Shown: one piece after another, positions 7,593-14,839 of the stretch
Position numbering within the stretch: position 1 is the stretch's first letter
Layout: every line of letters starts with the position of its first letter
NCBI GenBank assembly: GCA_031431875.1
Contig: JANPEF010000102.1
Span: forward strand, 1-14,839
Length of the DNA: 14,839 nucleotides
Source: Candidatus Eiseniibacteriota bacterium
Lineage (GTDB): Bacteria; Eisenbacteria; RBG-16-71-46; DASYSL01
Reading direction: 5' to 3'
Notes under the pieces: model-generated
Seen by the model: the letters and a program-made list of their open reading frames with translations, nothing else
Databases searched by the model: none
What the model was told of the DNA's origin: nothing
Made by a program: the position numbers and the translations under genes

Positions 7593-8038
7593 GGATGTTA
7601 CTCGAGGTGAGAATCGTCATGCGAGCCCCGGTCGAAACAAGTATCAGAGGTGGATGTTCAGAAGGCAAGACATCCTGCCCGGACACGTAGGTACGTGCGT
7701 CGTGAAGCCATGGGCGACAGGCGGCGTCGGTCACGAGTTTCCCCCCGTACTCCTCGGTGCCTTTCCCGAGGCACTTTGGCCTCTGGCTGCCTGTCGCACC
7801 CCGTGGGGCGATGGTCTTCCCCGTCTCGGTGGTGGATACGCGCGAGGGGGGAGGATCTAACGGGAGAAGTGTCCAAAGCGGAGAGATGACCTGATGGGGA
7901 CACGATGGCTTCGCGGTATCTGCACCGATCGTTGGATCAGAGGGGTTTGTGCGAAGCAGCAGTTGGAACAGGAACTGTTCCTACGCCCGGACCCCGATCC
8001 GGGTCACCTAGGTCCACTCACCTTGATGAGGCTTTCAC

Positions 8039-8461
8039 ATGCGCCGACTGCTTGCCAGTAGCCTGCTACTGCTCACGATGCTCGTTCTTGCTCCGGTCGC
8101 GGAAGTCGCCATGGCGACCCCGTATGAGATCGTGACCTTCAACATGTCCGGACGAACCGTGAAGCAGAATGGAACACCCAAGCCGAACACGCTGGTCTCG
8201 CTGAGGCTAATTCATGCCACGACCCCGCCAAACATCAACTGGACCAGCGTCAGCGTGACATCGGACGCCAATGGGAACTTTTCCAAGTCTGTGACCACCA
8301 ACGGTTACTATGCGGTGGCGAGTATCAATGCGCAGGCCTACCAGGGAATCGCCAAGACTCTGACAGTTTCGTATCCAGTGAGTGGGTTGTATAACTTCGG
8401 CGACCTGATCAGCGGGAACTGTAGGAGCTGTCCACTGCCGGAGGATGGGAGCAATCCCTAA
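8039..8461 (+). CDS. Small secreted hypothetical protein, probable beta-sandwich (carboxypeptidase-regulatory / prealbumin-like), C-terminal CxxC
   Basis: Sec signal peptide MRRLLASSLLLLTMLVLAPVAEVAMA; pattern SGRTV..NGTPKPNTLVSL...TSDANGNF; CRSC near the C-terminus; GAGG upstream; hairpins follow the stop. Confidence 0.75.
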   Translation: MRRLLASSLLLLTMLVLAPVAEVAMATPYEIVTFNMSGRTVKQNGTPKPNTLVSLRLIHATTPPNINWTSVSVTSDANGNFSKSVTTNGYYAVASINAQAYQGIAKTLTVSYPVSGLYNFGDLISGNCRSCPLPEDGSNP

Positions 8462-8480
8462 GTCCTGAGTGGGCGGACGA

Positions 8481-8545
8481 TCGTGCATCCGCGCCAGGAT
8501 GCGTCACGAGATGGGCTCCGCGAACGATCGCTCGCGGAGCCCATC
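8481..8545. terminator. Tandem hairpins between convergent genes, probable bidirectional terminator
   Basis: Perfect 14-bp stem GATGGGCTCCGCGA (8510-8523) / TCGCGGAGCCCATC (8532-8545), preceded by GCATCC/GGATGC (8485-8502). No clear U-tract on either strand. Confidence 0.6.
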
Positions 8546-8568
8546 CGTTCACCCTTCGATTGGCTCAG

Positions 8569-10815
8569 CTACCGCGTCACGACCATCCGCCGTGTCTCGG
8601 CCGCCGCCCCCGCGCTGCCCGGCCCGCTCTCACCCCGCGCCGTCAGCCGCGCAAAGTACAGCCCGGCCGCAACGCGCCGCCCGCTCGTGTCGAGCCCGTT
8701 CCACTCGGCCGTGTGGGCGCCGGCGTTGAGCTCGGTCGTGCCGCCATCGAGCAGCGTGCGCACCAAGCGCCCCGTCACGTCGTAGATCGCGAGCGACACA
8801 GCCCCGCGGCGTGCCAGGTCGAACGTGATCGTCGTGCGCGACTGGAACGGGTTCGGCGCGTTGGCGCGCAGGCGCAGTGTCCAGCCCGCGGCAATAGCGG
8901 CGTCGCCCACGCCGACCACCGACGTCGAGTCGTAGATGAACGTCAGGTACTCGGGGTGGTCGATGAACGGGTTGCGGTTGCCCTGGATCACGTAGACCGC
9001 GCCGTTGCGCATGCGCTCCTTCCAGCTCACCGGATCGCCGTCGGACCACGCGCGGTACTGGGTCACGGCCCAGGGGTACATCTCGGCGCCGTCGGTCGAC
9101 GGGCTGCCCGGCCACGCGCCGTCCTGCCCGAAGTAGCGCGTCGACATGTAGAACTGGCTGCGCATGAGGTCGCCCTTGTAGGCGTCGATCGGCTCGAACA
9201 CGGTGCCGCTGTAGCCTGCGCTCACGCTCGGGCCAAGCTTGCTGCCGTTCTGCGAGGTGGTCGTGGGCGCGCCGACCGTGCCGTATGGATAGTTCGAGCG
9301 GTAGCCGTTCACCTTGGCGTCGGTGGGGTACAGGTTCCACAGATCGGTGTACATCGGCGAGGCGTCGCTGAACCACGAGGCGGGGAACGAGTGCTCGCGG
9401 TTGTAGCCCAGGCCCTCGGTCGCGCCCTGGCCGGTCTGGCCGAAGCTGTACTCGTAGGGCGGCGTGCCGCCCGGAATGTCCGAGTACATGTCCCACACCT
9501 TGCCGTTGGGCTTCACGTCGGTGGTCTGGAACGAGGTGAGAGCGCCGCTGTAGCTGCCCACGTTGTGGTTCCTGATCCGGTTGTGGAGTGCCACGCGCAG
9601 CGCCGAGCCGCTGAGCCCGGTCATCGCGTCGTAGTAGCCGGACGGAATGGTCACGTCGACGTAGTTGAAGGCGCGTGTCGCTCCGGCGTTGAAGTTGGCC
9701 TCGAGATCGGCCACGCCGCTCACGCTCAGCGTGCGCGTGCCCGCGGTCACGCCGCGGACCGTGATCAGGACCTGCGAGGTGTGCGCCAGGTCGTGCTCGG
9801 CGGCGATGGCGAAGAGCGCGCCGATCGAATAGTTGCCGGGCGACTCGGCGCTCGTCTCCTCGACGGGCTCGCTGAAGAAGACGAGGAACGTCGAGTCGCT
9901 CATCTCGCCCACGGCGAGGACCGACGCCGGCACGCCGGTGCCGCCGCCCGGGATCGTGTAATTGAGGATCGACGACTGCGTGTTCGCCACCGCGCCCTCG
10001 GCGAGCAGGCGGTAGTAGATCGTGATGCCGCTCGACTGCCCCGGGATCGCCGCGCTGGTCCGGTACGTGTCGCCCGCGAGCAGCGGCATGCCGATGACGT
10101 TGGCCAGGTTGCCTGCCGAGGTGCCCCACGACAGCGTGACCGCCTGGATCGCGCCGCTCGTGTCGGTCACGGTGGCCTGCACGTCGACGGGCACGCCCGC
10201 GGTCGGGCTCGCCGGATCGGTGACGATATTCGAGATCAGCGGGCCGCCGGCGGGCGGCGCTGAGCCGTTGTGCGAGCCGGGCGTCGCATCGGTCGCCAGC
10301 GTCACCGCGGTTGCCGTCCACTGGCCCGCATCGAACACGGGCGTGGGGTCGGTGATGTTCGCGTTTCGCACCAGCGTCAGGTTCTCGAACAGCACGCCCG
10401 GAGCGAGCACGTAGTCGAGCACCACGTTGCTGCCGTTGATCAGCTTGGCGCCGTCGCCGACCTTCCCGTTCCAATTGAAGTAGTTGGTCAGCCACGCCGC
10501 GCTGCCGTAGTGGAGCGGGAACACGGTCACCGGCGCGGTGCTGCCCGCCACCTTCGCCTCGCCGGGTCCGATCGTGCCCGACAGCGTCCACGTGTTGGCG
10601 TCGACGTTGTTGGCCACCGCGACGATCTTCCATCCGGTCAGGTCCACGGTGCCCGGGCCCGAGTTGTAGATCTCGATGAAGCGATCGGTCGTGTAGTTGT
10701 TCAGCGGATCGCACAACTCGGAGAGAAATACGCCAGCGGCGGCCGGTGCGGCGGCAATCGTCGCAAGGGCGGCGACCACGAAGGCGGCCAGGGCGAGCAC
10801 GGGGGTCCTGCGCAT
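8569..10815 (-). CDS. Secreted endonuclease I family nuclease with lamin-tail domain, Ig-like spacers and C-terminal FlgD-Ig domain
   Basis: Start reassigned to ATG 10815 (signal peptide MRRTPVLALAAF...AAA, AAAGGTG RBS; 748 aa). LTD-like VFLSELCD..DRFIEIYNSGPGTVDLTGW; EndA/Bsn-type YNREHSFPASW, DLWNLYPTDAKVNGYRSNYPYG, KGDLMRSQFYMSTRY, QGNRNPFIDHPE; CTD NAPNPF..TTITFDL..IYDVTGRLVRTL..WNG..GLYFARL. Confidence 0.9.
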   Translation of the reverse strand: MRRTPVLALAAFVVAALATIAAAPAAAGVFLSELCDPLNNYTTDRFIEIYNSGPGTVDLTGWKIVAVANNVDANTWTLSGTIGPGEAKVAGSTAPVTVFPLHYGSAAWLTNYFNWNGKVGDGAKLINGSNVVLDYVLAPGVLFENLTLVRNANITDPTPVFDAGQWTATAVTLATDATPGSHNGSAPPAGGPLISNIVTDPASPTAGVPVDVQATVTDTSGAIQAVTLSWGTSAGNLANVIGMPLLAGDTYRTSAAIPGQSSGITIYYRLLAEGAVANTQSSILNYTIPGGGTGVPASVLAVGEMSDSTFLVFFSEPVEETSAESPGNYSIGALFAIAAEHDLAHTSQVLITVRGVTAGTRTLSVSGVADLEANFNAGATRAFNYVDVTIPSGYYDAMTGLSGSALRVALHNRIRNHNVGSYSGALTSFQTTDVKPNGKVWDMYSDIPGGTPPYEYSFGQTGQGATEGLGYNREHSFPASWFSDASPMYTDLWNLYPTDAKVNGYRSNYPYGTVGAPTTTSQNGSKLGPSVSAGYSGTVFEPIDAYKGDLMRSQFYMSTRYFGQDGAWPGSPSTDGAEMYPWAVTQYRAWSDGDPVSWKERMRNGAVYVIQGNRNPFIDHPEYLTFIYDSTSVVGVGDAAIAAGWTLRLRANAPNPFQSRTTITFDLARRGAVSLAIYDVTGRLVRTLLDGGTTELNAGAHTAEWNGLDTSGRRVAAGLYFARLTARGESGPGSAGAAAETRRMVVTR

Positions 10816-10996
10816 GGATGGGGCACACCTTTCGGGATGGTCGGCGGCGCGTCGACTTCGCTTCCAATGGGGATGGACGCTGATGAGCGTATCACGGCTC
10901 TGCGGTGGGGTGATAGGCTCGCCGGGCCCGCCCCCTGTGCGCCCCCTGCGTGCCGTCTGCGTCCCGATCGCGCCCCCGCGGACCCCGCCCCCGGCC

Positions 10997-11025
10997 TTGA
11001 CGCTATTCGCAATATTGCGAATACT
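10997..11025 (+). promoter_or_regulatory. Sigma-70-type promoter with an overlapping perfect 20-bp palindromic operator for the TA operon
   Basis: TTGACG (10997-11002), 17-nt spacer, AATACT (11020-11025); palindrome TATTCGCAAT|ATTGCGAATA at 11004-11023. Confidence 0.75.
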
Positions 11026-11042
11026 GTCGGAAGGCTGTCGTC

Positions 11043-11409
11043 GTGCCGAGAGTCGTCTTCTTTCGGGAAGCCTAATGGGGAAGTCCCGTTCGTTCGCTGG
11101 CTTGAGGGGCTGTCGCAGAAGGGTAGGGACCATGTCTCCGTGAACATCGCCCGTCTCCGAACACATGGACACCTCCTCCGTCGTCCGGAGTCGGACTACC
11201 TGGTCGATGGAATCCACGAGTTGCGCTTCCGATGCCAGAGGCTCAACTACCGGGTCCTCTACTTCTTCCATGGCCGGGAACTTGTGGTCCTGTCGCACGG
11301 CATCTTCAAGCAGGAGGCAAGGGTCCCGAAGTGCGACATCGAGGTTGCCCGCAGGAGGCGGCTGCAGTTCCAAGCCGATTCGAGAATGCACACGCACGGG
11401 GAGGACTGA
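11043..11409 (+). pseudogene. RelE/ParE superfamily (HigB / Gp49-like) toxin with a +1 frame disruption near codon 8
   Basis: GGAAGG RBS then GTG 11043 gives MPRVVFFREA-stop (TAA 11073-11075). The +1 frame continues KPNGEVPFVRWLEGL..LRRPESDYLVDGIHELRFR..NYRVLYFFHG..VVLSHGIFKQ, a typical HigB/Gp49-like body ending at TGA 11409. Confidence 0.75.
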
Positions 11410-11411
11410 TC

Positions 11412-11747
11412 ATGCCGAAGGAACGCAGGCCCACGACAGACGCCATCGAAATCATCTATCGGCGCTTTTACGAGGGTCACCCCGATCGCATCGCAGGCCT
11501 CGAACTCGCCCGCCAGGAAGCCGCCATCGCCCGCAAGATCCACGCCCTGCGCACGCGTGCCGGCCTCACCCAGCAGCAACTGGCAAAGCTCGTCGGAACG
11601 AGCACCTCGGTCATCTCGCGGCTCGAGGATGCCGACTACGACGGGCATTCGCTCAAGACCCTTCACCGGATCGCCACCGCGCTCGACTGCGTGGTCGAGG
11701 TGCGGTTCGTCCGGCGGCGCAAGGGCGGTGGGCGGGCGAGCGCTTGA
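11412..11747 (+). CDS. XRE-family HTH antitoxin (HigA-like)
   Basis: ATG 11412 after GGAGGA; IARKIHALRTRAGLTQQQLAKLVGTSTSVISRLE is an HTH_3-type motif, then DYDGHSLKTLHRIATAL; toxin-first gene order as in higBA. Confidence 0.88.
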   Translation: MPKERRPTTDAIEIIYRRFYEGHPDRIAGLELARQEAAIARKIHALRTRAGLTQQQLAKLVGTSTSVISRLEDADYDGHSLKTLHRIATALDCVVEVRFVRRRKGGGRASA

Positions 11748-11802
11748 GCGCGGCGCGCAGCAGGCTGGCGCCGTCGGGCGCGGCGGGCTACTCTCCCCAC
11801 CC

Positions 11803-14488
<2,686 letters not shown>

Positions 14489-14490
<2 letters not shown>

Positions 14491-14527
14491 GAAACGCCCC
14501 GTATCCTCGCGGACACGGGGCGCTCTC
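14489..14527 (-). terminator. Rho-independent terminator, best formed on the minus strand and possibly bidirectional
   Basis: Minus-strand RNA GAGAGCGCCCCGUGUCC-GCGA-GGAUACGGGGCGUUUCUU: long stem with G-U pairs, GNRA tetraloop and U-rich 3' end; lies between convergent stops. Confidence 0.75.
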
Positions 14528-14560
14528 GTGTTGCAACTGCGCGGCTTCAGCCGCCGTCCC

Positions 14561-14839
14561 TTACGGCAGCAGCAGCGCCTTCCCCGTCTCGACCACCCCG
14601 TCCGCCGCGAAGCGCACGAAGTAGACGCCGGCCGAGACGCGCACTCCCGCGTCGTCCCGTCCGTCCCAGGTCATCGTGTGGCGACCCGGGTCGTAGGCGA
14701 GGTCGGCCAGCGCGCGCACGCGCTTGCCATCCGGTCCGAACACGTCGACCGTGACGCGCGATGCGTGCGCCAGCTCGAACGAGACCGCCGTCCGGGCCAC
14801 GAACGGATTCGGACGGAAGCCCGCCAGCTTCGTGATCGC
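14561..14839 (-). CDS. 3' end of a protein with a C-terminal FlgD-Ig / T9SS-like sorting domain (partial)
   Basis: Frame open to the window edge: AITKLAGFRPNPFVARTAVSFEL..VDVFGPDGKRVRAL..GRHTMTWDGRDDAGVRVSAGVYFVRF; same pattern as the nuclease CTD. Confidence 0.85.
   Translation of the reverse strand, partial: AITKLAGFRPNPFVARTAVSFELAHASRVTVDVFGPDGKRVRALADLAYDPGRHTMTWDGRDDAGVRVSAGVYFVRFAADGVVETGKALLLP

Noticed and set aside
7730..7785. Minus-strand GGCCAAA-stem-GGGAA-stem resembling a c-di-GMP-I riboswitch
   Set aside because: Lacks the downstream GACGCAAAG-type core, and G-U pair polarity favours the + strand.
7650..8135. Short ORFs in the intergenic region (7650-7889, 7658-7903, 7905-8135)
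   Set aside because: No recognisable motifs, they overlap one another or the 8039 gene, and the region is better explained as regulatory or structured RNA.
10880..10925. Hammerhead-like CTGATGA followed by a stem
   Set aside because: The required GAAA after stem II is missing (TCGCC follows) and no stem I/III is evident.
10270..11042. N-terminal part of the 379-aa ORF ending in the toxin
   Set aside because: Overlaps the nuclease antisense and lies upstream of the TA promoter; not toxin-like.
10816..11397. 194-codon N-terminal extension of the nuclease ORF
   Set aside because: Runs antisense through the TA promoter and toxin; the signal peptide and RBS place the start at 10815.
11557..11802. 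N-terminal extension of the kinase ORF
   Set aside because: Overlaps the antitoxin in another frame; MTLAPGIRLGPYEI is the typical start for this kinase type.

Overview
GC-rich bacterial window. Two secreted proteins with FlgD-Ig-like C-terminal domains and a Hanks kinase with a TolB-like propeller suggest an FCB-related lineage such as Eisenbacteria or Krumholzibacteriota (inference only). Left to right: a DUF3300-DUF2950 lipoprotein pair (-); a sterol desaturase/fatty acid hydroxylase (+); a translationally coupled three-gene operon (-) of ECF sigma factor, zinc-binding membrane anti-sigma and exported TPR-CHAT (caspase-like) protease; a structured intergenic region; a divergent low-GC orphan secreted protein; a secreted LTD/endonuclease I/FlgD-Ig nuclease (-); a RelE/HigB-XRE toxin-antitoxin pair with a palindromic operator and a +1 frame disruption in the toxin; a Ser/Thr kinase (+); a terminator; and the 3' end of another FlgD-Ig protein (-). 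The best candidate for an undescribed system is the CRISPR-independent ECF sigma / anti-sigma / lipoprotein CHAT protease module with its divergent secreted partner.
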